Part shown: positions 14,078 through 27,059 of the stretch, piece by piece | How positions within the stretch are numbered: position 1 is the stretch's first letter | Layout: each line of letters begins with the position of its first letter | Assembly (NCBI GenBank): GCA_964016885.1 | Contig: OZ024763.1 | Coordinates: 13,020,001-13,084,000, forward strand | Source of the DNA: Eledone cirrhosa | Lineage: Eukaryota | Direction of reading: 5' to 3' | Length of the DNA: 64,000 nt | Translations under genes and position numbers: made by a program | The notes under the pieces: model-generated | Told to the model about the DNA's origin: nothing | The model's input: the letters and a program-made list of their open reading frames with translations, nothing else | Databases searched by the model: none

Positions 14078-15338
14078 GATATATATATATATATATATAT
14101 GCCACGTAACGAGACTGCTTCACATTAAATGAAGCCAAGTTTTGCAATCTCTAGTGAAGTATATAAGAGATGACACATTACGCTAAGCTACCAAGAATCT
14201 TCTACAAACAAACATTAAAGAGAAAAGGTTTCGATAGAATGATAAAGATGCCATTGTGAACACAGAGAAAATGATGAGAAAGATAAACGCCATTTACAAA
14301 GAAGCTACTATTTACGGCAACAAACAACATTTGAACTCTTAATGTCCTGTACCTCTTGAACTCACATTAACATGGATGGCATTCTTGAAAAGTACAAAAC
14401 AGCACTCTAGCTGCACCATAGTAACAATTTAAGTTTTTAGCATCTAAACTGGCCATATCTGGCCAGAATTCTCTCACCTCTTTCTGGTCAAACCAGCTGT
14501 AACTGGTCACTTATAGTGATGTTGAGGTGTTGTTCTCAAAATAGATAATATCAAAATATTATAGATTCGACATCATGTGAGATGAAGCCTTTACTGTGAA
14601 AATACAACAGTATATATAGAGTAATGTAAATGTTATGCGAGATATTATGTGAGATGAAGCCTTTACTGTGAAAATACAACAGTATATATAGAATAATGTA
14701 AATGTTATGTGAGATATTATGTGAGGTAAAGCCTTTACTGTGAAAATACAACAGTATATATAGAGTAATGTAAATGTTATGTGAGATATTATGTGAGATG
14801 AAGCCTTTACTGTGAAAATACAACAGTATATATAGAATAATGTAAATGCTAAAGGGTGAAGTCTTTATTTTAGTTTACTGCAAAATTTCACAGTGATGTG
14901 TCCACTAGTAAAGATACTATAAATATTTGAAGTACCAAACCACATGAAACTACGTTAGCAAGACATTCTTGAACAGTAGAAACAAAACTGTGACTATCAC
15001 ATTAAATATTAAAGTCTTCACTCTAATACTGTAAGTTTTCAAAACAATCTATCCACTAGTAAAGATACTGTAAATATTTAGTACAAAACAACAATATGAC
15101 TACATCACATTAAATATTAAAGTCTTCACTCTAATACTGTAGATTTTCACAACAATCTGTCCACCAGTAAAGATACTGTAACTATTTGAATTAAGAAACC
15201 ACATGAAACCATATTAACAAAACAATCTTTAAAAATACAAAACAGTATAATGAGTGCATCACACTAAAAATCAAAGTATTTAATTCAGTTTACTGTAAAG
15301 TTTTACAAAACCAGTTCACTGATAAAGATACTCTCAAC

Positions 15339-16012
15339 CAGGGTTCGGCAACACCTCCCCCTTAAAGGATTTTTGTCTGGCCTGCCAACAGGTTCCAATC
15401 TTAGGCTAAACAATCCCTGTAAAAGTGCTCTTCTGAATTATTTTGGATTAGAATACTGACTAGAGAACATGTCTAGCCACAAGACTCACTGAGCTGAACG
15501 TAATCTTTTGCATGACAGTAACAAACAATCAAACTCAGACAGATAGAATAGTCAGACATCAAAATGTACCAAAGATTAAGGATAAGGCTGTGTGATGACC
15601 ATCTTGATGATAGTCTACTACTGTCTTTGACAAATATTTCACCTCATGTAGAGAAGCTATCCAACGACAGGTACAAACAAGTATCTCATTAACCAATTTA
15701 TCATTTCTGCCTGTATTTTATTTGTAGTCAGGAATGTCATTAAAGTAATATCACATAAAATTCATCGTTCTTCTTTAAATCCTGGGATTAAGGTATCTTT
15801 CTGGACAGAGCAGTCTGAGGTAGAGTAAATTTATTATATTTTGATATCATGGCCCACCGACGAGACACTGCATAGTTATGTGGCCTGCCGGTGAGACACT
15901 GCATAGCTATATGGCCCATTGATGAGACACAGCATAGCAATATGGCCTGCCCTGCCAATAAGACACTGCATAGCTATGTAGACTGCACACCCCAAAATGT
16001 TGCTGATCCCTG
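15339..16012. mobile_element. hAT (Charlie-type) MITE
   Basis: TIRs CAGGGTTCGGCAAC / GTTGCTGATCCCTG; 8-bp TSD ctctcaac / ctctaaac. Confidence 0.75.
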
Positions 16013-16630
16013 CTCTAAACATTTGTATTAACAAACCTGTTTTTAGATATGTTCTGCTAAATCATTACAGGATGTTAACAGGCAAAAGAGTAGAAGAGGA
16101 AAGATGTAAGACAGTTTTATAATAGATAAATAATAGAAAATGTTAGTTAAAATATTTGTTAACTAAAGGATGGTAAAGAGGCCATTATGAAAACCACAAA
16201 AAGATGATGAATGTAGACACTAGTTAGATAGAAGGTACTACAGAAGAGACATACTAACATTAGATATATAGAAGGTACTAATGTAGTATTTATGGTAACA
16301 AAGATTTCTGTAGTATTCATTACAGGGATATAGTTATAGGGACTAAATACATAGAAGGTACTGCTTAGGGTATCTGAGGATTAATGGAGTACTTTACTAC
16401 AGAGATAGAAATATAGAGACTAGTTAGATAAAAGGTACTATTGTCTTATTTAGGGTAACAAATAATTCTATGGTATTTACTACAGTGATAGATTATAGAC
16501 ATCAGTCAATAGAAAAAAAGAGGAGATACTGAAAGATAATAGAAAATATGGTAAATAAAAGCAACTAAGATAGGGAACTGGAGGTCTAACATCCATCTAT
16601 GAACTACTTGGATTAGGGTTCTAATCTTAC

Positions 16631-16747
16631 CAAGGTTCTCTTTATCACCTTCACTAGTTTTATTGTCTTCAGAAGATTTCTGGGGCTTATTGACATCATC
16701 TGTTGTAGAATCCCCAGATTTCTCATCAGTTCCCTCTTTTGGTGAGG
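16631..16747 (-). CDS. Repeat exon R7 (117 bp): ASPKEGTDEKSGDSTTDDVNKPQKSSEDNKTSEGDKENL
   Basis: Intact splice sites; no stop or indel. Confidence 0.75.
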
Positions 16748-17218
16748 CTGAAATTTAAGATGTTGCCATGGATAAATTAAATGTAATCTATAACTCACAC
16801 CTTTGTAGGTTTAGCTGGCCACCTACAAGGTTACATCTCATAAAGGGTTTCTTGGATGTTTTAATGATAAGGACCCCCATCTTATGGTGTCGTCGTTACA
16901 GCTCACATCTTTGTAGGTTTAGTTGGTCTAACAAAATGAAGTGTGTGTATATATATTGAATAATATACGGGATGTTTAAACACCCCATAAATTATTCAAT
17001 ATACAATATGTACATTTATATGTATATCACAATGTGGGAAAACCAATACAAATATATATATATACACACACACATACACATTACATTATATTATATATAT
17101 CATATACACACATTACATTATATTATATATACATACACAAATTATATATATAATATATAAACATATTACATATATTTTATACACACATTACATTACAAAG
17201 ATGAAAATTAAACATCTA

Positions 17219-17252
<34 letters not shown>

Positions 17253-17363
17253 CATCTTTTTAACTCCTGACTCTCCACATGATGTCTATGACACTAACAA
17301 CAATTATGTACCCTAAATATTCTAAATGACTAGGATTTTAGTCACATGTTTGAACATTCCCTA

Positions 17364-17410
17364 TGCTCTGATGATTCCAGACTTCCTTCTGGAAGAAACA
17401 GTTGTCAGCA
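17364..17410 (+). ncRNA. Minimal type-I hammerhead ribozyme motif in a Penelope-like element remnant (17251-17750)
   Basis: TGCT CTGATGA TTCCAGA cttcct TCTGGAA GAAA C agtt G TC AGCA: full core, perfect 7-bp stem II, GUC cleavage triplet, 4-bp stem I. Confidence 0.85.
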
Positions 17411-17465
17411 AATAAATGTTCTAAACTAAAATTTGATCGTTTTAACACTTTGTATATATATATAC

Positions 17466-17552
<87 letters not shown>

Positions 17553-17567
17553 CAATATATATATATA

Positions 17568-17606
<39 letters not shown>

Positions 17607-17620
17607 ATATATATATATAT

Positions 17621-17670
<50 letters not shown>

Positions 17671-18305
17671 ATATATATAACTTTGATAGGTTTTGGCCAG
17701 AATTGGCCCAGGCCATGTCTAACTTAATACCACCCTCTTTAGACCTTTATATATATACACACACACATAATATTACAAAGAATAAGGTACTGACAATAAG
17801 CAATGAAAGAGACAGAAAAGTTCATTAGAGATGATAGAGATGTCACTGCAACACACTCAAGAACTATAGACACTATATCAATATATATATATATATATAT
17901 ATATACATAGAACTACTATTTAGGGGAACAAAGTATTCTATGTTTTTCACTACAGAGATAGAAATATAGAGACTAGTTAGATAAAAGGTACTATTGTACT
18001 ATTTAGGGTAATAAAGAATTCTATGTTATTTACTACAAATATAGAAATATAGACACTAGTTAGATAAAAGGTACTATTGTACTATTTAGGGTAATAAAGA
18101 ATTCTATGGTATTTACTACAAATGTAGAAATATAGACACTAGTTAGATAGAAGGTACTATTGTAGAAATATAGACATCAGTCAATAGAAAAAAGTGGAGG
18201 TACTGAAAGATAAATAGAAAATATGGTAAATAAAAGCAACCAAGATAGGGAACTGGAAGTCTAACATCCATCTATGAACTACTTGGATTAGGGTTCTAAT
18301 CTTAC

Positions 18306-18422
18306 CAAGGTTCTCTTTATCACCTTCACTAGTTTTATTGTCTTCAGAAGATTCCTGGGTCTTATTGACATCATCTGTTGTAGAATCCCCAGATTTCTCA
18401 TCAGTTCCCTCTTTTGGTGAGG
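18306..18422 (-). CDS. Repeat exon R6 (117 bp): ...VNKTQESSEDNK... variant
   Basis: Intact splice sites; no stop or indel. Confidence 0.75.
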
Positions 18423-18830
18423 CTGAAATTTAAGATGTTGCCATGGATAGATTAAATGTAATCTGTAACTCACACCTTTGTAGGTTTAGCTGACTCCCTA
18501 CAAGGTTACATCTCATAAAGGGTTCTTGGATGTTTTAATGATAAGGACCCCCATCTTATGGTGTCGTCGTTACAGCTCACATCTTTGTAGGTTTAGCTGG
18601 CCTCCTATGAAGATTAAATCCCAGCAGAGGTTTCTTGGGTCTTTTAATGATATCATTTACAAGTTTAGCTGGTCTCCTACAAGGTTACATCTCATAAAAT
18701 GTTCCTTGGGTGTTTTAATGATAAGGACCCCCAATCTCATGTTGTCATTATAGCTCTCACCTATGTAGGTTTAGTTGGTCTCCCGTATATTATTCAATAT
18801 ACAATATGTACATTTATATGTATATCACTG

Positions 18831-19170
18831 TGGAGGCACATGGCTTAGTGGTTAGAGCATTGGCCTTGCAATCGAAAGGTTGTGAGTTCAATTCTCAGAC
18901 CAGGTGATGTGTTGTTTCCTTGAGCAAGACACTTTATTTCACATTGCTCCAGTTTACTCAGCTGTAGAAATGAGATGATAGGGACTGGGGTCCCTATCAT
19001 TCCACTGCAAAGTGGTCGTGGAGGTGCCACGGCAAAAAAGCACCCAGCACTCACTGTAAATGAGGTTGGTGTTAGGAAGGGCATCCAGCTGTAGAAATCA
19101 AGCCAGAGTCAGTTCCCGTCCCACCCTTGCAAGCAGGGAGAAGCGGACGTAAAATGATGATGATGATGAT
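18831..19170 (+). mobile_element. SINE family 1 copy between R5 and R6
   Basis: Near-identical; absent from the paralogous intron positions near 17030 and 22910. Confidence 0.85.
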
Positions 19171-19231
19171 CACTATGTAGGAGAAACAACACACACACAC
19201 ACATACATATATATATATCATCATGATCATC

Positions 19232-19635
19232 ACCGTTTTACGTCCGTTCTTTCACGCTAGCATGGGTTAGACAGGTTGTCCTGTTGTGGGCAGTGTCCGG
19301 TCGGCTGACCTTGTCTTGCTCATACGGGAACTGATTCTGGCTTGATTTCTACAGCTGGATGCCCTTCCTAACACCAACCTCATTTACAGTGTGGGCTGGG
19401 TGCTTTTTTGCCGTGGCACCTCCACGGCCACTTTGCAGTGGGAGGGTGTGGGGGCATATTGTCTATATGCTTCAGCTTCGGCTTGTACTTGTGGGGGTGT
19501 CGGGTATTCTGTATTACTGCATGACACCAGAGGTCACGGTCGTGTGTCATGTCCTTTGAGAGGTGTAGTTGGGTAAGGTCGGCTTTTATCACCTCATCCC
19601 AGGTCTTCTTGGGTCTCCCCACTCCGCGGTTTCCA
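19232..19635 (-). mobile_element. Chimeric RTE 3' fragment plus partial SINE family 1
   Basis: ORF 19380..19622 GRPKKTWDEVIKADL...MTHDRDLW is an RTE C-terminus; 19325-19440 matches the SINE1 3' half. Confidence 0.7.
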
Positions 19636-20423
19636 TATATTTATATATATATATATATAAACACATTATATTACAAAGAATCAGGTTCAAATATATCCAC
19701 ATACAATAAACAATAAAACAGAGAGAGGTTCATCAGAGATGATAGAAATGTCACTGCAACACACACAAGAACTATAGACACTAAATATATATATAGAAGG
19801 AACTATTTAGAGTAACAGGGATGGTGGAGTACTTTACTACAGAGGTAGAAATATAGACACTAAATACATACTATTTAGGGTAACAAATTATTCTGTGGTA
19901 TTCAACAGAGCGATAGAACTATAGAAACTATTTAGATAGAACGTACTATTTAGGATAACAGGGATGGTGAATTAACTCACTATAGAGATAGAAATATAGA
20001 CACTAGTTACATAGAATGTACTATTTAGGGGAATAAAGTATTCTGTTTTTCACTACAGAGATAGAAATATAGATACTAAATATATAGAGACTAGTTAGAT
20101 AGAAAGTACTGTTGTACTATTTAGGGTAAGAAAGTATTCTATGGTATTTACTACAAATATAGAAATATAGACACTAGTAAGATAAAAGGTACTATTGTAC
20201 TATTTAGGGTAATAAAGAATTCTATGGTATTTACTACAAATATAGAAATATAGAGACTAGTTAGATAGAAGGTACTATTGTAGAAATATAGACATCAGTC
20301 AATAGAAAAAAAGAGGAGGTACTGAAAGAAAATAGCAAATATGGTAAATAAAACCAACTAAGATAGGGAACTGGAGGTTTAACATCCATCTATGAACTAC
20401 TTGGATTAGGGTTCTAATCTTAC

Positions 20424-20540
20424 CAAGGTTCTCTTTATCACCTTCACTAGTTTTATTGTCTTCAGAAGATTTCTGGGTCTTATTGACATCATCTGTTGTA
20501 GAATCCCCAGACTTCTCATCAGTTCCCTCTTTTGGTGAGG
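20424..20540 (-). CDS. Repeat exon R5 (117 bp): same peptide as R4, one synonymous AAA>AAG change
   Basis: Intact splice sites; no stop or indel. Confidence 0.75.
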
Positions 20541-21097
20541 CTGAAATTTAAGATGTTGCCATGGATAAATTAAATGTAATCTATAACTCACACCTTTGTA
20601 TGTTTAGCTGGCCCCCTACAAGGTTACATCTCATAAAGGGTTCTTGGGTGTTTTAATGATAAGGACCCCCAATCTTATGTTGTCGTTCTTATATCTCACA
20701 TCTTTGTAGGTTCAGTTGGTCTCCTATGAAGATTGAATCTTAGCAGAAGTTTGTTGTGTGTATTAATTATAGGGGCCCCCAGTCCTATCAGGAAATTGGG
20801 AGGGTCATCAGTGCTGTCACCTGTGTATTCGCAGGGTCATCAAACTATCACCTGTGTGTATTTACAAATTAAAGGGACTCTGACGAATTTATTTATAATT
20901 ATTTATCTATAACATGGTATTGAGTACTCATTTTTATGACTATCAAAATACACAGTATATATATGATGATGACAATATATATATAATCACATTACATTAT
21001 ATTATATAAACCCATTACATATATACACACATTAGATTACAAAGATGAAAAGTAAACATCAATGATATATATATATATATAACACATTACATATATT

Positions 21098-21690
21098 ATC
21101 ATCATCATCATTTTACGTCCGCTTTTCCCTGTTTGCAAGGGTTGGACGGGTCCTATTCAGCACAGCATCTCTCCACTTGTCACGGTCCTTTGTCATCTCC
21201 TTGGTGAGTTTCAGCAATCTGAGGTCTGCTCTCACCACCTCCACCCATGTTTTCCGTGGTCTACCTCTACCGCGTCTTCCTTCTACTGAGATTTCTTGGC
21301 ACTTCTTTACCCAGCGGACATCCTCCATGCACATCACATGTCCATACCATCTCAGCCTTCTCTCCTGCACACCACAACTTATCCCTCTTATACCCAGTTT
21401 CTTTCTCAACTCGTCTATGCTTGGTCATTCACGCACATTGACATTGCACATCCAACGGAGCATGCTTGCTTCATTTCTCTCCAGCTGTCGCATATCTTCT
21501 GCAGTTGCTGCCCATGTCTCACTACCATGCAGCATCGCGCATCTCACACAGGCATCATATAACCGTCCTTTCGTAGGCAGGGAGAAACCCTTCTTTCTCA
21601 ACAGAGGAAGCAGCTCCCTAAACTTCTTCCAACCCGTCCTTATTCTAGATACTATGGCCTCGGAACCCCCTCCTCCCCTCCCGTGCTAAT
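21098..21690 (-). mobile_element. 5'-truncated RTE-clade LINE, 3' end of ORF
   Basis: RRLRWYGHV...GRGRPRKTW...DRDKWR motifs; ends in the same tail as SINE1. Confidence 0.85.
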
Positions 21691-22276
21691 CTGATCATAT
21701 ATACCCACATTATATTACAAAGAATCAGGTACAAATATATCCACACATAATAAACAATAAAACAGAGAGAGATTCATTAGAGATGATAGAGATGTCACTG
21801 CAACACACACAAGAACTATAGACACTAAGGTACTATTTAGAGTAACATGGATGGCGGAGTACTTTACTACAGAGGTACAAGATATATAGAGACTAGTTAG
21901 ATAGAAAGTACTATTGTACTATTTAGAATTGGTGGACTACTTTAATATAGAGACAGCAATATAGACATAGGTTAGGTAGAAGGTACTACAGAAGAGAAAT
22001 ACAGGTACTGGATACATAGATTTAGAGTATCAGGAATGGTGGAGCACTTTATTATAGAGGTACAAAATATATAGAGACTAGTTACATAAAAGGTACTATT
22101 GTACTACTTAGAGGAACAAAGAACTCTGTGGTATTCACTACAGGGATAGAAATATAAACATCAGAGAGGAGACATTGAAAAATGTTAGAAAATATGGTAA
22201 ATAAAACCAACTAAGATAGGGAACTGGAAGTCTAACATCCATCTATGAACTACTTGGATTAGGGCTCTAATCTTAC

Positions 22277-22393
22277 CAAGGTTCTCTTTATCACCTTCAC
22301 TAGTTTTATTGTCTTCAGAAGATTTCTGGGTCTTATTGACATCATCTGTTGTAGAATCCCCAGATTTCTCATCAGTTCCCTCTTTTGGTGAGG
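22277..22393 (-). CDS. Repeat exon R4 (117 bp): ASPKEGTDEKSGDSTTDDVNKTQKSSEDNKTSEGDKENL (consensus)
   Basis: Intact splice sites; no stop or indel. Confidence 0.75.
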
Positions 22394-23663
22394 CTGAAAT
22401 TTAAGATGTTGCCATGGATAAATTAAATGTAATCTATAACTCACACCTTTGTAGGTTTAGCTGGCCACCTACAAGGTTACATCTCATAAAGGGTTCTTGG
22501 GTGTTTTAATGATAAGGACCCCCAATCTTATGGTGTCGTTCTTACATCTCACACCTTTGTAGGTTCAGTTGGTCTCATATGAAGGTTGAATCCCAGCAGA
22601 GGTTTCTTGGGTGTATTAATTATAGGGGCCCCAGTCCTATCATGAAATTCAGAGGGTAATCAGTGCTGTCAGCTGTGTATTGGCAGGGTCATTAAACTAT
22701 CACCTGTGTGTATTTACAAATTAAAGGGACTCTGACCAATTTATTTATAATTATTTATCTCTAGCATGGTATTGAGTACTAATCTTTGCAACTATCAAAA
22801 TATAGTGTATATATATACATATATATATATATATATACATATATCAAAATATAGTGTATATATATATATTGAATAATATACAATATGTACATTTATATGC
22901 ATAACGTTATGTGGGATCACCAATACAAATATATATATATATATATACACATATTACATTATGTATACTATATACACACATTACATAATATTATATACTC
23001 AAATTATATATTATATAAACACATTACATATATCATATACACGCATTACATTACAAAGATGAAAAATATCTAATATATATATATATATACAGATATAAAA
23101 CACATTCATTGCATTATATAATTAAACACATTACATATATATATATATATATCTAATATATATATAAACACATTATATAACAAAGAATCAGGTTCAAATG
23201 TATCCACACACAATAAACAATAAAACAGAGAAAGGTTCATCAGAGATGATAGAGATGTCACTGCAACACACACAAGAACTATAGACACTAAATATATATA
23301 TAGAAGGAACTATTTAGAGTAACAGGGATGGCAGAGTACTTTACTACAGAGGTAGAAATATTTAGAGGAATGAAGAATTCTGTGTTATTCACTACAGAGA
23401 TAGAAATATAAACACTAGTTAGATAGAAGGGACTATTGTACTATTTAGGGTAATAAAGAATTCTATGTTATTTACTACAAATATAGAAATATAGACACTA
23501 GTTAGATAGAAGGGACTATTGTAGAAATTTAGACATCAGTCAATAGAAAAAAGTGGAGGTAGTGAAAAATGATAAAAAATATGGTAAATAAAACCTACTA
23601 AGATAGGGAACTGGAGGTCTAACATCCATCTATGAACTACTTGGATTAGGGCTCTAATCTTAC

Positions 23664-23780
23664 CAAGATTCTCTTTATCACCTTCACTAGTTTTATTTTC
23701 TTCAGAAGATTTCTGGGTCTTATTGACATCATCTGTTGTAGAATCCCCAGATTTCTCATCAGTTCCCTCTTTTGGTGAGG
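23664..23780 (-). CDS. Repeat exon R3 (117 bp): ASPKEGTDEKSGDSTTDDVNKTQKSSEENKTSEGDKENL
   Basis: Intact splice sites; no stop or indel. Confidence 0.75.
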
Positions 23781-24496
23781 CTGAAATTTAAGATGTTGCT
23801 ATGGTTACAGTACCAGGGTCTAATGAAACACAATGATGTTACCTAGCCACAGTGTATAGTGTGTAGATATCTCCATGGTGACAGCTGGTGGTCTAACCAG
23901 ATTAGGCAAATATCAATCCTTTCATTACCATATTTCTAATGAATGACATGTCTAGGAATTTTAAATAATTTCCAAATTAATCAAGAATTTGGGGGTATTT
24001 ATTAATATAATTAATTTTCTAGTTATTAAGTTATAATTAGAACATAACATGACAAATGGTCTTTGATAAAATATGATGGAAGGTTTTGAGATAAATATAA
24101 ACACTTTAACCCTTTCATTACTATATTTCTATTGAAAGACACTGTCGATTATTTTCAAATAATTTGGAGGGATTTAAAAATATAACTAACTTTCTCATCA
24201 TTAAGTTGCTGTTTGGAATATAACAGGTTTGGAATAAAAGGTTAAAATTATGATGGAAGATTTTTAGATAAATATAAATACTTTAATACAATCTGCCATA
24301 TATGATAGAACCAGAAGTGGTCTGAGGCAGTTCGGTATCAAAAGGTTTAAGTACTGAGATTACTATGTAGATAGTTCTGTTCTAATAACTAACTGTCTTA
24401 TCAGTCTAGAGATGCTGAATTTATTGATGTTTATGTATGGATGTTTATATATACTACAACAGTGTATATATATACAGTAGTGATATGTATATATAT

Positions 24497-24887
24497 ATAT
24501 ATTAGTAAAATGGAAAAGAAAATGCTGACAAATTTTTCCCAGTGAAAAATAGTTTAATTAGGAATAAGTATAAATTAGTAATAAGTATTGGTTAGTATTC
24601 AGTTTTAGTTTTAAGTTTTTACCAGTTGTGCATTTCTAATGCTTTTCAAAAATAATTTTGAGATAGAGCGCTCGTGAGGTTTGCTCTAATCAGATTAGAG
24701 CAAACATCACGAGCGCTCTATCTCAAAATTATTTTTGAAAAGCATTAGAAATGCACAACTGGTAAAAACTTAAAACTAAAACTGAATACTAACCAATACT
24801 TATTACTAATTTATACTTATTCCTAATTAAACTATTTTTCACTGGGAAAAATTTGTCAGCATTTTCTTTTCCATTTTACTAATATAT
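24497..24887. repeat. Near-perfect palindrome, ~195-bp arms, 1-nt loop at 24692
   Basis: Arms are reverse complements with one visible mismatch (gtgaggtttg vs caaacatcac); (TA)n on the left, short unique tail then (TA)n on the right. Confidence 0.95.
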
Positions 24888-25254
24888 CACAACTCGTGTG
24901 TCACACCTCTATTTTTTTTAAATATATATATATATATATATATACTGCAGTGGTGTATATATGCTACAGTGATAAATATATACAGCAGTATACAAATATA
25001 TATATATATATAAACACACACACTCACACATATATATATATATATTTAGTAATAATAATTACAAAGACCAAAGCCGGAAGAGGGCTTGAGTACTATTGTA
25101 TATATATAAACAAGTATATGTAAACCTGTAGAGAAAATATTTATTATAGTACGGATTTAAGTTTAAGCAAAGAATTTCTTCTGAAACTCAAAAGATTCTG
25201 AAAGAGGGTGAAAGCAGAAATTCTGTGCTTGAACTTTAATCTGTACTAATAATA

Positions 25255-25598
25255 TCATCATCATCATCATCATCATTTTACGTCCGCTTTTCCCTGCTTG
25301 CAAGGGTGGGACGGGAACTGATTCTGGCTTGATTTCTACAGCTGGATGCCCTTCCTAACACCCACCTCATTTACAGTGAGTGCTGGGTGCTTTTTTGCCG
25401 TGGCACCTCCACGACCACTTTGCAGTGGAATGATAAGGACCGCAGTCCCTATCATCTCATTTCTACAGCTGAGTAAACTGGAGCAATGTGAAATAAAGTG
25501 TCTTGCTCAAGGAAACAACACATCACCCAGTCTGAGAATTGAACTCACAACCTTTCGATTGCAAGGCCAATGCTCTAACCACTAAGCCATGTGCCTCC

Positions 25599-25599
<1 letters not shown>
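25255..25599 (-). mobile_element. SINE family 1, full length
   Basis: Reverse complement of the 11330 copy. Confidence 0.85.
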
Positions 25600-25644
<45 letters not shown>

Positions 25645-27059
25645 TTAATTTACAATGTACAAACAAACAAACAAACAGTAAAACAAAGTTTCAACAGAGA
25701 TTATAAAGATGCCATTATGAAAACCACAAAAAATAGGGAAATGTTGGTAAAAGTTATATAGTGGTCACTATATAGGGTACCGAGGAAGGTGGATTAATTC
25801 AGTACACAGACAGAAATATAGTCACTAGTTACATAGAAGATACTATTTAGAGGAATAGGAACAGATATATAGAAGGTACTATTGAAAGGAACAGGCTCAG
25901 AAATATAGAAATCAGTCACAAACAATAGAAGGAAAAGACTAGAGACTAGAAGATGATAGAAAATATAGTACATATATAGTTGAGACTGTTAGTTAAAATA
26001 TTTGTTACTAAAGGATGGTAAAGATATCATTATAAACCCATAGGAAGATGAGTAATATAGATACCAGTTATATAGACGGTACTATTTAGGGTAATAAAGA
26101 TTTAGGGGTTTATTAGTAGAGATCTGCTAAAAAACTAAAGAATGATTGAAATTACTATAGTCTGTCTAGAAGAAAGTTATCAAGATTAGTTTGAAGATTT
26201 TGTTACTGAATGATAAAGATGTCATTATGAAAACCACAAGAAGATGAGACATATAAACATGTTGTTAAATATAATAGGGATCCTAAATATTTCAGAGATG
26301 GTCATGTTGGTGACAAGAAAAAAAAATCACTCAGTTCACCCAGTAAAGTAGTCGTGTTGGTGACATGATAACAAGTACCTAGTCCACACTGTGATGTGGT
26401 TGGCATTAGGAAGGGCATTCGGCCATAGGAACCAAGCCAAATATATATATCTCCATATGAGTGAGATGTGGTCTCCTGACCTGACCTGACAACTCATCTA
26501 ACCCATGCAAAGCATGGAAAAATGGACATTAAGTAATGATGGTGGTGGTGGTGATGGTGGTGGTGGTGGTGGTGATGATGGTGGTGGTGGTGATGATGGT
26601 GGTGGTAGTGGTGGTGGTGATGGTGGTGGTGATGGTGGTGGTGGTGATGATGGTGGTGGTAGTGGTGGTGGTGATGGTGGTGGCGATGATGATGATGGTG
26701 GTGGCGATGGCGATGATGATGATAGTAACAATGATGATGATGATGATGATGGCAGTGACAATGATAATGATGATGATGAAGATGCTATAGTAAATAGACT
26801 ATAATCACAGAACTACAAAGGTGACTTGAATTACACACTAACTAATGGAAATAAAAGATATTTTAAGAAATTCTATTAACACTTTCATTAATGTATTTCT
26901 GTTTCAGTTAATTTTGAAAATAATTAAAAATTTGGAGGAATTTAATAAAATAATTAAGTTTTTCATTAGTAATTTGATATTTAGAATATTACTTAAGAAA
27001 CATTTCTAAAATAAAATTTTGATGGAAGGTTATAAAATAAGGATAAACATGTTCCCCCT

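Noticed and set aside
16793-16930. Extra micro-exons suggested by GTGAG donor-like motifs in the ctcacacctttgtagg intron repeats
   Set aside because: No consistent acceptor or frame across paralogous copies, which differ by indels.
16613-22444. Four repeated 61-aa ORFs MSYRLHLIYPWQHLKFQPHQKRELMRNLG... as a small-protein gene family
   Set aside because: They are an alternative open frame across repeat exons R4-R7 that runs through splice sites and has no ATG at the listed start; neighbouring exons set phase 1, which gives the SPKEGTDEK frame.
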